DNA from: Candidatus Latescibacterota bacterium
Lineage (GTDB): Bacteria > Latescibacterota > UBA2968 > UBA8231
DNA length: 64,000 nt
Assembly: GCA_965203175.1 (NCBI GenBank)
Contig: OZ241867.1
Coordinates: forward strand, 4,960,001 to 5,024,000
Reading direction: 5' to 3'
Shown: positions 1 through 9,759 of the stretch, one piece after another
Layout of the letters: every line of letters starts with the position of its first letter
Position numbering within the stretch: position 1 is the first letter of the stretch
Program-made: the position numbers and the translations under genes
Notes under the pieces: generated by a model
What the model was told of the DNA's origin: nothing
What the model saw: the letters and a program-made list of their open reading frames with translations, nothing else
The model's database searches: none

Positions 1-2
1 TT

Positions 3-662
3 AGCTGGAAGATTGCGCCCCAACTCGGAGTCCTCGATCCCGATCTGTCGGTCGCCCTGCCCGCCCTCGTCGGCGCAGCTACCGGCATGGACGCCCTAAC
101 CCACGCGCTCGAATCCTATATCAACTTAGCGGCCACGCCCCTCACCGAAGGCATCGCGCTGCACGCCATCCGCCTCATCGGCGACAACCTGCGCCTGGCC
201 TGCGCCAACGACCACGCGCTAGCCGCCACCGAAAACATGCTCATCGCCAGCATGCTGGCCGGCGTCGCCTTTTCGCAAACGCGCCTCGGCAATGTCCACG
301 CCATGTCCCACCCGGTCGGTGCCCACTACCACGTGCATCACGGGCTGCTCAACGCCATCTTGCTGCCCTACGTCATGGAGTTCAATTGGTTCGCCTGCCC
401 CGGCAAATTCGCCGCCATTGCCGAAGCACTCGGCGCGCACACTGCCGGATTAGACCAACGCCAAGCCGCGCACGCCGCCATCTCCGCAGTGCGACACATC
501 AACGCCGACTTAGGCATCCCCGTCAAGCTAGGGGATGTCGGCGTCGATACGGCCCGCATCCGCACTATGGCACAAACCGCCATGCAGAGCGGCAACATCT
601 CCGTCAACCCGCGCAAGACCAGCCAGCGCGACCTTGAAGTTCTATTCCAACAAGCCATTTAG
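3..662 (+). CDS. Iron-containing alcohol dehydrogenase, C-terminal part (5' end outside window)
   Basis: Frame open from window start (..LDPDLSVALP..ATGMDALTHALESY..LGNVHAMSH..HG), the Fe-ADH metal-binding motifs. Confidence 0.9.
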   Translation, partial: SWKIAPQLGVLDPDLSVALPALVGAATGMDALTHALESYINLAATPLTEGIALHAIRLIGDNLRLACANDHALAATENMLIASMLAGVAFSQTRLGNVHAMSHPVGAHYHVHHGLLNAILLPYVMEFNWFACPGKFAAIAEALGAHTAGLDQRQAAHAAISAVRHINADLGIPVKLGDVGVDTARIRTMAQTAMQSGNISVNPRKTSQRDLEVLFQQAI

Positions 663-672
663 GAGGTCCACC

Positions 673-1932
673 ATGTCTCTGCCCCGCATGCTCCGCGTCC
701 GCCAGATTTTTTCCGCGCCCACCGTCGAAGACATTCCCGCGGCCGTGCGAGCCGAAGTCCAGCGCCTCGACTTAGGCCCCAAAATCAATCCCGGTGAGAC
801 CATCGCCATCTCGGTCGGCAGCCGCGGCATTGCCAACATCGCGCTCGTGATCAAAAGCCTCGTGGACGAGTTCAAGGACCTCGGTCTCCAGCCCTTCCTC
901 GTTCCCGCCATGGGCAGCCACGGCGGCGGCATCGCCGAGGCCCAGCAGGAAATCATTGAAGGCTACGGCGTCACCGAAGAGTACACCGGCGTGCCCATAA
1001 AGTCATCTATGGAAACCGTACAGGTAGGTGCAACCGAAGACGGCGTTCCCGTCTTTTTCGACAAATACGCCTTTGAAGCCGATCACGTAGCCGTCGTCGG
1101 CCGCGTCAAGCCGCACACTAACTTTGTCGGCGAGATCGAAAGCGGCCTGCACAAGATGATGCTCATCGGCTTGGGCAAGCACAAAGGCGCGGCCCTGTAC
1201 CACCAAGCCATTGTCCACTACAGCTTCGACCGCATCATCCGCTCGGTCGGCCAAGCCGTCATTGACCAGTGCGGCGTGCTCATGGGGCTGGGCTTAGTCG
1301 AAAACCAGTACGACCAAACCGCGCTCATCAAGGGTGTAGGAGCCGACGAGTTCGTGGAACGCGAAAAGGAACTGCTAGTCCTCGCCAAGGAATGGATGCC
1401 GCGCCTGCCTTTCGACGAAGTCGATCTGCTCATCGTCGATGCGATCGGCAAAAACATCTCCGGCGCCGGCATGGACACCAACGTCGTCGGCCGCAAGTTC
1501 CACGACAACCACGCCGCCGACAAGGAATACCCCAAGGTCACCCGCATCCTAGTCCGCAACCTGACCGAAGAAACCCACGGCAACGCCTCGGGTATCGGCA
1601 TCGCCGAGTACGCCCACAGGCGCGCCATCGAGGAGATGGACCGCGAGATCACCTACATCAACTGCATGACCGGCAACCACCCCTCGGGCGCACACATCCC
1701 GCTCTACTTCGACACGGACCGCATCTGCATTGAAAAGGCCCTGGAGACCGTCGGCCTAGTCGCGCCTGAAAACGCCAAGGTCCTGCGCATCCACAACACC
1801 CTAGAGCTAGGCGAGCTCCTCGTCTCGGAAGCCTATCGAGCCGAAGTCGAACAGCGCGAGGACTTGGAAATCATCGCCGAGGCCGAGGGAATGCCCTTCG
1901 ACGAAAACGGCGATTTGCCGCTTGCGTTCTAA
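673..1932 (+). CDS. Lactate racemase (LarA)-like / DUF2088 domain protein
   Basis: AGGAGG RBS at 661, ATG 673; motifs GSRGIANI, PAMGSHGG, RVKPHT, GKNISGAGMDTNV. Confidence 0.75.
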   Translation: MSLPRMLRVRQIFSAPTVEDIPAAVRAEVQRLDLGPKINPGETIAISVGSRGIANIALVIKSLVDEFKDLGLQPFLVPAMGSHGGGIAEAQQEIIEGYGVTEEYTGVPIKSSMETVQVGATEDGVPVFFDKYAFEADHVAVVGRVKPHTNFVGEIESGLHKMMLIGLGKHKGAALYHQAIVHYSFDRIIRSVGQAVIDQCGVLMGLGLVENQYDQTALIKGVGADEFVEREKELLVLAKEWMPRLPFDEVDLLIVDAIGKNISGAGMDTNVVGRKFHDNHAADKEYPKVTRILVRNLTEETHGNASGIGIAEYAHRRAIEEMDREITYINCMTGNHPSGAHIPLYFDTDRICIEKALETVGLVAPENAKVLRIHNTLELGELLVSEAYRAEVEQREDLEIIAEAEGMPFDENGDLPLAF

Positions 1933-1962
1933 AAGTTGCGTGACTGCAAGTCAAGAGAAAAA

Positions 1963-2817
1963 ATGGACAACGACGTCCAAGACTATCTATTCGACCTCCA
2001 AGGTTATCTGGTCTTAAAAAACGCAATCTCGGCGGCAGATTTGCGCGAGATGAACCAGTGGATAGACGATCACGAATCGTATGTACAAGAGCCGTGGTCA
2101 ACCGATGGTGATCCAAAGAAAAAAGGCCGCTGGATCGGCCACATAGAAACGCACACCTACAATGAAGAAAATGGCGTCAACTTCCAAAGCATCATCGAGG
2201 GCGGCCCCGTTTTCGAGAAACTAATAGATCATCCCGCTTGGATTGACTTGGTCAAAAAGTACATTCACTCCTCAGTAAACGGCCTTTCCATCCACGAGAA
2301 CTTTCTCAACGTCCGCGGTCCGGGTGGTTACCTCCACATCCACTGCGGTGGCCATGTTCCGCTCAGTTATCTGACATTTCGCCAGAACAACACTGGAGAA
2401 TGGCTGGTCGGACAGATTAACGTATTGATGGCCCTCAACGACATCGGCGAGGGCGATGGCCCACCCGTCCTAATTCCGGGCAGCCACAAGTGCACCGAAA
2501 TCCACCCTCGGCTAGAGGTAGATGGCCGAGGCCTGATTTACGACGACGTGAGCGGCAAACCCGCCGGAACAGCCATCGCCATGCAAGAAATGTATCTAAA
2601 GGCGGGAGACGTTTTGTTATTCACCGATGCGATAACACACGGCTCGGCGGAACGCACCAATCCCGGCTATCGGCGAACGATTGTTTACCGCTATTCCCCA
2701 AAATACGTGCGCGAGCGACTCAACTATCAAATTTCAGAAGAACTGTTACAACGTTTGACTCCAGAAAGACGGGCCATTATTGTGCCCAATGCACCGCGGC
2801 GACCTCCATCCGCGTAG
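1963..2817 (+). CDS. Phytanoyl-CoA dioxygenase (PhyH) family Fe(II)/2OG dioxygenase
   Basis: YLFDLQGYLVL start, IPGSHK, GDVLLFTDAITHGS motifs. Confidence 0.85.
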   Translation: MDNDVQDYLFDLQGYLVLKNAISAADLREMNQWIDDHESYVQEPWSTDGDPKKKGRWIGHIETHTYNEENGVNFQSIIEGGPVFEKLIDHPAWIDLVKKYIHSSVNGLSIHENFLNVRGPGGYLHIHCGGHVPLSYLTFRQNNTGEWLVGQINVLMALNDIGEGDGPPVLIPGSHKCTEIHPRLEVDGRGLIYDDVSGKPAGTAIAMQEMYLKAGDVLLFTDAITHGSAERTNPGYRRTIVYRYSPKYVRERLNYQISEELLQRLTPERRAIIVPNAPRRPPSA

Positions 2818-2832
2818 CGTGCAAGCTGCCAA

Positions 2833-4923
2833 TTAGTAAACCACCGCTACACACGCCATCCGCTCCTCGCGCTGCCGATCCGTCTCCACCGCCACCCGGA
2901 CCAAATACAAACCCGGCCCCACCAACCGGCCCGATCGATCGCGGCCATCCCATAGCACCGCATGGCGACCCGCCTCCTGTCCACTTGGACCGGTGCGCCA
3001 TAAACAACGACCGCGCAGATCGAACACCTCCACTGACACTTCGGACGCATCCAACACCTTCAGCAGCGTATAGCCGATCCGCACCTCGTCGTTCACCGCG
3101 TCTCCCTGCGGCGTAAAAGCATTCGGCTCTACTTCCATTGCGGCCAATACCGACCCCTGCGCTGTGGCCACGATCCGCAACTGATTAGTTCCCATTTCCT
3201 CGCTCACATCCCCGGCCACTACCAACTGGGGAAAACCCGCTTGGCCGCGCGCAAAGACCTCGGCGGCAATTTCTCCGGCCGCGTTGTAGAGTGCCGTCTC
3301 CAGCCGCAACCGCAGCCGCTTGACACCGTCCCCCTGGATCGGTTGCGGCAAGTACACCACAAAACCTCCGGCCTCGTCCACGACGCTATCGGGCGTGACA
3401 GCTTCCCAAGGCGCACCCATCTCCAATCCACGCAACATCCCCTCGGCCGGCGTAAGAACCCGCACGGCATCAAAGCCTGCCTGCGCATCCTCGGTAAAAC
3501 GCGCCCCAATGTCGCAGACCAGATCGACGAGATCTCCAGCGTGTACCTCGGCAACAGTTCCCTCGGGGTGCAGATCTCCGACTGCGGCCACTTCGCCTAG
3601 CACGCGTTCGGCCAACAGCGGCGCAAACTCCAACGCCAGCGAGTCGAGACGGGTAAATTCCCACAAACGCTCGGTCTCAAAGCGCACTTGGACTTGGACG
3701 AAGCGCCCCGGTGGTACCCGTGGACGGTCTCCACCCTCGCGCAGCGGAGCCGTCCAAAAACTCCAGTTGTCCGTATCGTCTATGATCGGCCCCTGCCAGC
3801 CGAGGGCTAGTGGGTCACTAGTGAATCGGCGCACCTTCAGAAACTCGTACTCAGAAAGCGGCACTTCTATCGCCTGCCCCAAATCGTCGAAGGTGTAATA
3901 GATCGTGGGCGTGTCGTCTCGGCCACTCTTGATCGCGACCTTGACCGCAGCCGGTGCCTGCGGGGCTGGCACCAGTTCGCCCGCTTCGCGCCGCCAAGTA
4001 CTCGTCCTAAACGACACCCGGCCCACATTGGCCACCTGCTCTAAGTCTATGACCCGCGATTCCCAGCGCGCCCGAGGGACAAAACCGCGACCGTAAACCT
4101 CCATTTCCGCGATGGCAAAGCGAGAGTAGAAACCAGAGCCGAGCGGCGGCCCGGCCTGCGGGGACGAACCGAGTGTCATGTCGGCCTCGCCGTCAGGGAA
4201 GGGCCGGAAGCGAAAAAAGCGCAGATAGCTCAGCGGAAATTCCACCTCAATAATCGGATCGAAATTTTGCTCCTCATCGGCCAAGACGATATCCAGCGGC
4301 GCGACCGATTTGGCAAATCCGGCGATGGGGAACACCTGACCGAGATAGGTGTACGAAGAGAGGAATTTCGGCTCTTGCGTATTGACCAGTTGCTCATCGT
4401 TGCTGGCCGTCAGCGCATAGCCTTCAAAGGCCCAGAAGGGACGATAGGGTATCTGAGTTCCCGGATCCACCCCCTCCGGCGGTACGACCACAAAGCGCTC
4501 CGCTGGTATCTGGAGTCCCATATCGAGCGTAAAAAAGACCTCTCCAGCCGGCATGATGACAGCGACAAAAGCGGTACTAATGTCGCCGTCTATGAACTTC
4601 ATGAAGTTTTGAAACTGCAACCCCCGCGATGATGTGCCCGTGCCCTGCCATATCCGGGGCATGTCGGAACGCCAGAGCGGATCAACGGGCCGCCGATAGA
4701 GCGAGCGCTCCCAGTAGGGCAATTGGGTGATTACATTCTCGTCGGGCCTTAATTCCAGCGGCTGCAGCGCTGGGGTCGCATCCTCCACCATCAGATCCAA
4801 CAACGTCCATTCCGACCACGGCGCGCCGCCGGTGCCGCCAAAGTGCAATGTGGACACTTCGGCCGCGACTTCAACGGATGATCCCAGCAATCCTATTATG
4901 GCCAAGCGGCGCCACAAGCCCAT
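2833..4923 (-). CDS. Secreted protein with C-terminal FlgD-Ig-like domain
   Basis: Signal peptide MGLWRRLAIIGLLG; C-terminal FTPQGDAVND...WDGRDRSGRLVGPGLY; paralog of 46099-48423. Confidence 0.75.
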   Translation of the reverse strand: MGLWRRLAIIGLLGSSVEVAAEVSTLHFGGTGGAPWSEWTLLDLMVEDATPALQPLELRPDENVITQLPYWERSLYRRPVDPLWRSDMPRIWQGTGTSSRGLQFQNFMKFIDGDISTAFVAVIMPAGEVFFTLDMGLQIPAERFVVVPPEGVDPGTQIPYRPFWAFEGYALTASNDEQLVNTQEPKFLSSYTYLGQVFPIAGFAKSVAPLDIVLADEEQNFDPIIEVEFPLSYLRFFRFRPFPDGEADMTLGSSPQAGPPLGSGFYSRFAIAEMEVYGRGFVPRARWESRVIDLEQVANVGRVSFRTSTWRREAGELVPAPQAPAAVKVAIKSGRDDTPTIYYTFDDLGQAIEVPLSEYEFLKVRRFTSDPLALGWQGPIIDDTDNWSFWTAPLREGGDRPRVPPGRFVQVQVRFETERLWEFTRLDSLALEFAPLLAERVLGEVAAVGDLHPEGTVAEVHAGDLVDLVCDIGARFTEDAQAGFDAVRVLTPAEGMLRGLEMGAPWEAVTPDSVVDEAGGFVVYLPQPIQGDGVKRLRLRLETALYNAAGEIAAEVFARGQAGFPQLVVAGDVSEEMGTNQLRIVATAQGSVLAAMEVEPNAFTPQGDAVNDEVRIGYTLLKVLDASEVSVEVFDLRGRCLWRTGPSGQEAGRHAVLWDGRDRSGRLVGPGLYLVRVAVETDRQREERMACVAVVY

Positions 4924-5077
4924 ACACTTGCCTCCGGCAAATCGACGCTGCGCTGTGTCGATAATAACGATTTTGCCGCGTAGTCGTCCACGCGAAGCGC
5001 AAGCACTGGACAAGAAGCAGACAGCCCGGTTTCTTTAATTCGCAAGCAATGTCCACCTAACCCACAAAGCCCTGATC

Positions 5078-6172
5078 ATGACTACCGAACACATCGGCAT
5101 GACCCGCGACGCCATCGACACCCCTGTCCTCTTGGTCGATCTCGACGCGCTCGAATACAACATTGACCTACTCGCCGAGCACTTCCAAGCCGCGGGCAAA
5201 AATCTCCGGCCGCACACTAAGTCGCACAAAACCCCGGCCATCGCCCACCTCCAACTCACGGCTGGCGCGCAGGGGATCACCTGCGCCAAGGTCGGAGAGG
5301 CCGAGGTCATGGCCGACGCCGGCATCCAAGACGTTCTCATTGCCAACGAAGTCGTCGGCCGCCGCAAAATCGAGCGCCTCATGGCGCTGGCCGCTCGTTG
5401 CGACATCATGGTCGCGGTCGATGACCCGCAAAACCTCGCCGACCTCAACGAGGCCGCCCAAGCCTACAAGGTCAGCCCCCGCGTACTAGTGGAGGTCAAC
5501 ATCGGCCACAACCGCTGCGGCGTCGCGCCCGCCACCGTCGTCGGTCTCGCCCGCTCAGCAGCCCAAGCACCGCACCTGCGCTTCTGCGGTCTGATGGGCT
5601 ACGAAGGCCACATCATCGACCTCGAAGATAAAGACGCCCGCGACGACGGTGCCCGCACCTGCCTACAGCGCCTCGTCGATGCTCGCGACGACGTAGAGCG
5701 CGCCGGCCTCGACTGTCTAATTTGCAGCGCCTCGGGCACGGGCGATTACTACATCAGCACTTCCTTCGACGGCATCACCGAGGTCCAAGCTGGCTCGTAC
5801 GCGCTGATGGACGCGGCGTACGCCAAGCTAAGCTTGGGCTTCAAAAACGCCCTCAGCGTGCTGACCACCGTTACCAGCCGCCCTGCGCCCGAGCAGGTCA
5901 TCACCGATGCCGGCCTCAAGAGCCTGACGCCCGAGCACGGCTTCCCCCTCGTCAAAGATCGCCCCGACTTGGAATGCCATGCCCTCTCCGAAGAGCACGG
6001 CCGCCTCAAGACCGTAGCCGGCTCCTGCACCGACCTCCATCCCGGCGACCTGCTCGAATTTATCCCCGGCCACGGCTGCACCACTGTCAACCTCCACGAC
6101 CACCTCTACGCGCTGCGCGCCAATCGACTGGAGGCGATTTGGGAGATCGCCGGTCGCGGCAAAGTCCGCTGA
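5078..6172 (+). CDS. DSD1/D-threonine aldolase family PLP enzyme (alanine racemase fold)
   Basis: TPVLLVD, RPHTKSHK (PLP lysine), GYEGH, QAGSYALMD, SEEHG, HGCTTVN. Confidence 0.9.
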   Translation: MTTEHIGMTRDAIDTPVLLVDLDALEYNIDLLAEHFQAAGKNLRPHTKSHKTPAIAHLQLTAGAQGITCAKVGEAEVMADAGIQDVLIANEVVGRRKIERLMALAARCDIMVAVDDPQNLADLNEAAQAYKVSPRVLVEVNIGHNRCGVAPATVVGLARSAAQAPHLRFCGLMGYEGHIIDLEDKDARDDGARTCLQRLVDARDDVERAGLDCLICSASGTGDYYISTSFDGITEVQAGSYALMDAAYAKLSLGFKNALSVLTTVTSRPAPEQVITDAGLKSLTPEHGFPLVKDRPDLECHALSEEHGRLKTVAGSCTDLHPGDLLEFIPGHGCTTVNLHDHLYALRANRLEAIWEIAGRGKVR

Positions 6173-6209
6173 CTGCCAAAGTTTCGCCATGCCCTCCTCG
6201 TCGCTGCCA

Positions 6210-7178
6210 TTAACGGGCACCTGTTGAAAGCAGCGCTTTGATCCGGCCCCACGACTGGGACTCGACGCTCGTCGAAGCAGCAGAAGGGGAAACCGGTTGC
6301 CAAGCAGGATAATCTCCGCCCAAGCCGTCGGTCAGATTGACCAAGTTGCTCCCGTCTATATCAACAACCCAAACCTCCTGGTCCCCCTGCTCGTTAGCGC
6401 CAGAGAAGGCAATTCTCATGCTGTCGGGCGACCAAGTAGGCTCAGGGGTGGCCGGTATAAACTGGCCGGGTTCAAGTTCAGCTTGTTGATAGGGTAGATC
6501 AGGAAGAGGAATCACCCGGAAATCTATCCGGTTCAGGAGATCTTCTATCGGCTCAGAAGGCTGCGGGACCTCACCGGGAGCGAAGATAGCTAGATATAGG
6601 TAGGCATCGCCCTCAGAGTCCTGCAATACGACATCTGCTAGTTTGGTTCCGTCTGGAGAAAGACCGCGATTATCGAGGGAACCTTTGACTATCCAAGCCG
6701 CTTCCCTCCAATCCATAAGTGAGGATCCACTGCCGTCCAGCGCCACAACGAACACTTCAGGGTTCCCTATGCGGTGCTTTATGAAGTAAATGAGACTTCC
6801 GTCTTCAGCCCAAACAAAATCCTCCGCATTTCCATATCCGGGATTTGTTAGAGATCCCATCTGTTGCGGATTGCCGCCGTCGGCGTCCATCACCCAGACG
6901 TCACCAATGGAATAATCGACCCCGACGGAAACGGGATCTTTACTAAAGGCGAGATAGGCGATCTTCGTGCCATCTGGAGACCAAGCAGGGTTAACGCAAC
7001 GCCCATGCCGACCTTGGGTTAAATTGACGGGATCGCTACCATCCGCATTCATAATCCACACGTCACCGGCCCCCTCGCGCCACGAAGCAAATGCGATTTT
7101 ACCGTCGGCTTGCCCCCAGCCAGCGACGGCCAGCCCCAGCGTTGCCAAGCAGACGAGCAGTAGGGATCGATAGGTCAT
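6210..7178 (-). CDS. Secreted TolB-like (PD40) beta-propeller protein, paralog 1
   Basis: Signal peptide; repeated WSPDGxKIAF/Y and IWVMDADG blades; C-terminal TSVESQSWGRIKALL. Confidence 0.85.
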   Translation of the reverse strand: MTYRSLLLVCLATLGLAVAGWGQADGKIAFASWREGAGDVWIMNADGSDPVNLTQGRHGRCVNPAWSPDGTKIAYLAFSKDPVSVGVDYSIGDVWVMDADGGNPQQMGSLTNPGYGNAEDFVWAEDGSLIYFIKHRIGNPEVFVVALDGSGSSLMDWREAAWIVKGSLDNRGLSPDGTKLADVVLQDSEGDAYLYLAIFAPGEVPQPSEPIEDLLNRIDFRVIPLPDLPYQQAELEPGQFIPATPEPTWSPDSMRIAFSGANEQGDQEVWVVDIDGSNLVNLTDGLGGDYPAWQPVSPSAASTSVESQSWGRIKALLSTGAR

Positions 7179-7240
7179 AACGTAACTCCTTTCATGGATT
7201 AATCGGTTTTTTCCTTTTTAATATATAGAAAAACCTCTGA

Positions 7241-7537
7241 CTACTCATCATCTATCCACGCCTGTAAGCCCCAGCTTTCCAACGACCTCTGTATAGAAGG
7301 AGCGAGTTGCTGGAAGCGCAAAGTCAGGCCCAGTTGCCCCAAACCGATTACGTCGCGTTCAAGCAATGGACTGATGCTCCGCACTTCGTTAGCCACTATA
7401 CAGACCTCCCTTACCCCCTCCCCGACATACGATTCCATGCAGTCGTGCAGGATATCGAACTCCGTCTTATTGATATACCCCATGAGTTCGATGGTTAAGG
7501 TTCGACCGCAGCGATTCAATGTGTTAATACGCACCAT
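7241..7537 (-). CDS. Small STAS-like domain protein
   Basis: 98 aa alpha/beta pattern (LTIELMGYI..VRSIS..SIQRSLESWGL); co-oriented within the array. Confidence 0.5.
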   Translation of the reverse strand: MVRINTLNRCGRTLTIELMGYINKTEFDILHDCMESYVGEGVREVCIVANEVRSISPLLERDVIGLGQLGLTLRFQQLAPSIQRSLESWGLQAWIDDE

Positions 7538-7571
7538 GCTGATGCCTCTAATCTCAGCCCGCAGCGGTTCT

Positions 7572-9692
7572 TCATGGGAGCTTAGTCGTCTTCTTGGCTT
7601 CTACCTGTCCGTCCACCTCGACCCGATAGAGATACACCCCGGCGGCCACGGCCTTGCCCGCCTCGTCGCGGCCATCCCAAGAAAAACGATGGCTGCCCGC
7701 CCCAAGCGGCCCCTGCCACAACTGCCGCACCCGACGACCCAACACATCATACACCGTCAACGACATCTGCGCCGCGTCTGTCGCCAAATCAAGGGGGAGC
7801 ACGACTGCCGGATTGAACGGATTGGGATAGCTGTCGCCCAGCCGATACTGGACCGGCCGCGCTGCCGTCGACGTCATCACCGCGGTCGCTGGCGCTCCCA
7901 CCGAACTCTTGAGCACCTGCACGCCGCCCAAGACGCTATTTAACACCACCAAGTCCACATCGCCGTCGCCATCCACATCCCCCGGTAGCACCTGTACCCC
8001 CTCGCCGACCAAACGATGCTGCTCCACCTCCTTAGTCGGATTCGCACCCCCACCCCATTCTACGAACACTCCAAAGCCCGAGGCGCGGTCCCCGCCGATA
8101 AATGCCCAATCCTCTACTCCATCGGCGTTCAGGTCGCGCACTACCACCGGTGAGCGCATAAACAGCCCATCATACAGCACCTTCTCCTCTACACCGCCCC
8201 CTAATCGGCTGCTCTGGACGGCAAGGCCCTTGGACCCTTCCCACCTGTTGCGTTCGAGCGGCGTGAGTAGGTCCACCTGCCCGTCGCCATCAAAATCACC
8301 CACTTGTAAAAGAGAAAAAAGAATGCCCGCCATATCGGCTGCGAAATCAAAGACTACCTCGCCCACCTCCGGCGCGTCGCCCAAGCGCCCTACCACCCAC
8401 CTGCCCACCCGGCCTCTCGGTGACCACAGCACGTCCAACTGCCCATCGCCGGTAAAGTCGCCCATCCGCGAGGGAAAATAGTTTTCGGTGACCGCCAACT
8501 GGGTGGCCGTCCACCCCTCCTGCTCGACCTCCCAGACCTCTAACGCTCTTTCTTCCTCCACCGTAAAGTCGGTTGTAAACAGTTCGACCCGGCCATCGCC
8601 ATCCCAATCCACCATATCCACCAGCCCGCGATCATTAATCTGCGTGAGCACCTCCATTTGCAGCTCCGGCCCAATAGACCAGACCGTTATTTCCCAATCT
8701 TTTCTTGTCGCGATCTCGTCTTGGCCATCGCCGGTCAAATCGCCGACGTGCAGATAATCGATCCCTTCTCCGATCCTCTTCTCGGTGTGCACCGTTTCAA
8801 AGGTCCCCCTCCCATCATTGAGGGCCATGACCCAGATGTTTACAAACGGAGGCGAGTGATAATTCTCCCAAGTGGAGAACAGGTCGAGATCGCCGTCCCC
8901 ATCTAAGTCCGTCAAGGCGGCAGCGCTCCTTCCTTTTAAGAAGGCGTCTAGTTCCGATATCAGGGGAGAGAAGACTGGGGGGGCGAAAAGTCCGGCTCCC
9001 TCAAAGCGGAAATACGCTACCGACGGCGGGACTAATTCCCCCGCTAACAGCTCTTCCTCGCCGGTCAACTCGATCCAGTCGATCTCAAACCACCCGACTA
9101 GCTCGTCCACCGGCCGGGACGCCCCCATCTCGCCCCACTCCAAGCGAAAATTCAGCCGAATATCTTGTAAAAGCCCCTCCCAAACCTCCCTGTCGTCCGG
9201 TGCGATCTCCCCGTCCGATTCGGGCAGTGTGAACTCCACTTCCTGCCATTCGGTGGTATAGACGAAGCCTCTTTGTCCTAAAATCCTAAACCGGCCCCCT
9301 AAACCCCAATACTCTGGATCATGACCCGGCTTCGTGAGGTTGTGCTCATTGGTCCAAGCCAGAGAAAAGGAACCGACCGTAGGACCATGATGGACCGTGC
9401 GGACCCGAGCCCGGACCCGGTCGAACAGGCCCGAATCATGGCCTATGATAGGCGAAATTACTTCGACACTCGGGCTAGGAAGCGCATCTCCGGCCATCGA
9501 GGGCGATACATCAATCGTCCATACGCCGTCTTCGACTACCCCCGGAAACAGGTTAAATTCAAACGTGCCGCCCCATCCATTGCCTGTTTTGGCGGCCCAT
9601 CCTTGCGTCGTCCCATCCTCGAAATCCCACGTCATCGCCTCGGCGAAACTGCTCCACAGCACAACGCATGCAATGCTAGCGAACCTCAACAT
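7572..9692 (-). CDS. Secreted CBM-like + FG-GAP/VCBS repeat + FlgD-Ig protein, paralog 1
   Basis: GGAGG RBS, signal peptide, multiple DxDGDGxxD motifs, C-terminal YPNPFNP...WDGRDEAG. Confidence 0.85.
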   Translation of the reverse strand: MLRFASIACVVLWSSFAEAMTWDFEDGTTQGWAAKTGNGWGGTFEFNLFPGVVEDGVWTIDVSPSMAGDALPSPSVEVISPIIGHDSGLFDRVRARVRTVHHGPTVGSFSLAWTNEHNLTKPGHDPEYWGLGGRFRILGQRGFVYTTEWQEVEFTLPESDGEIAPDDREVWEGLLQDIRLNFRLEWGEMGASRPVDELVGWFEIDWIELTGEEELLAGELVPPSVAYFRFEGAGLFAPPVFSPLISELDAFLKGRSAAALTDLDGDGDLDLFSTWENYHSPPFVNIWVMALNDGRGTFETVHTEKRIGEGIDYLHVGDLTGDGQDEIATRKDWEITVWSIGPELQMEVLTQINDRGLVDMVDWDGDGRVELFTTDFTVEEERALEVWEVEQEGWTATQLAVTENYFPSRMGDFTGDGQLDVLWSPRGRVGRWVVGRLGDAPEVGEVVFDFAADMAGILFSLLQVGDFDGDGQVDLLTPLERNRWEGSKGLAVQSSRLGGGVEEKVLYDGLFMRSPVVVRDLNADGVEDWAFIGGDRASGFGVFVEWGGGANPTKEVEQHRLVGEGVQVLPGDVDGDGDVDLVVLNSVLGGVQVLKSSVGAPATAVMTSTAARPVQYRLGDSYPNPFNPAVVLPLDLATDAAQMSLTVYDVLGRRVRQLWQGPLGAGSHRFSWDGRDEAGKAVAAGVYLYRVEVDGQVEAKKTTKLP

Positions 9693-9759
9693 GACATTAC
9701 CTCCATATTCCCCGCGATAGTCGCGGCGTGTGGTGATTGTGAGAGCTTGGACGACTCCC

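Noticed and set aside
6210-7178. Genuine tolB of the Tol-Pal system
   Set aside because: No TolB N-terminal domain, no tolQRA or pal nearby, and five paralogs are present.
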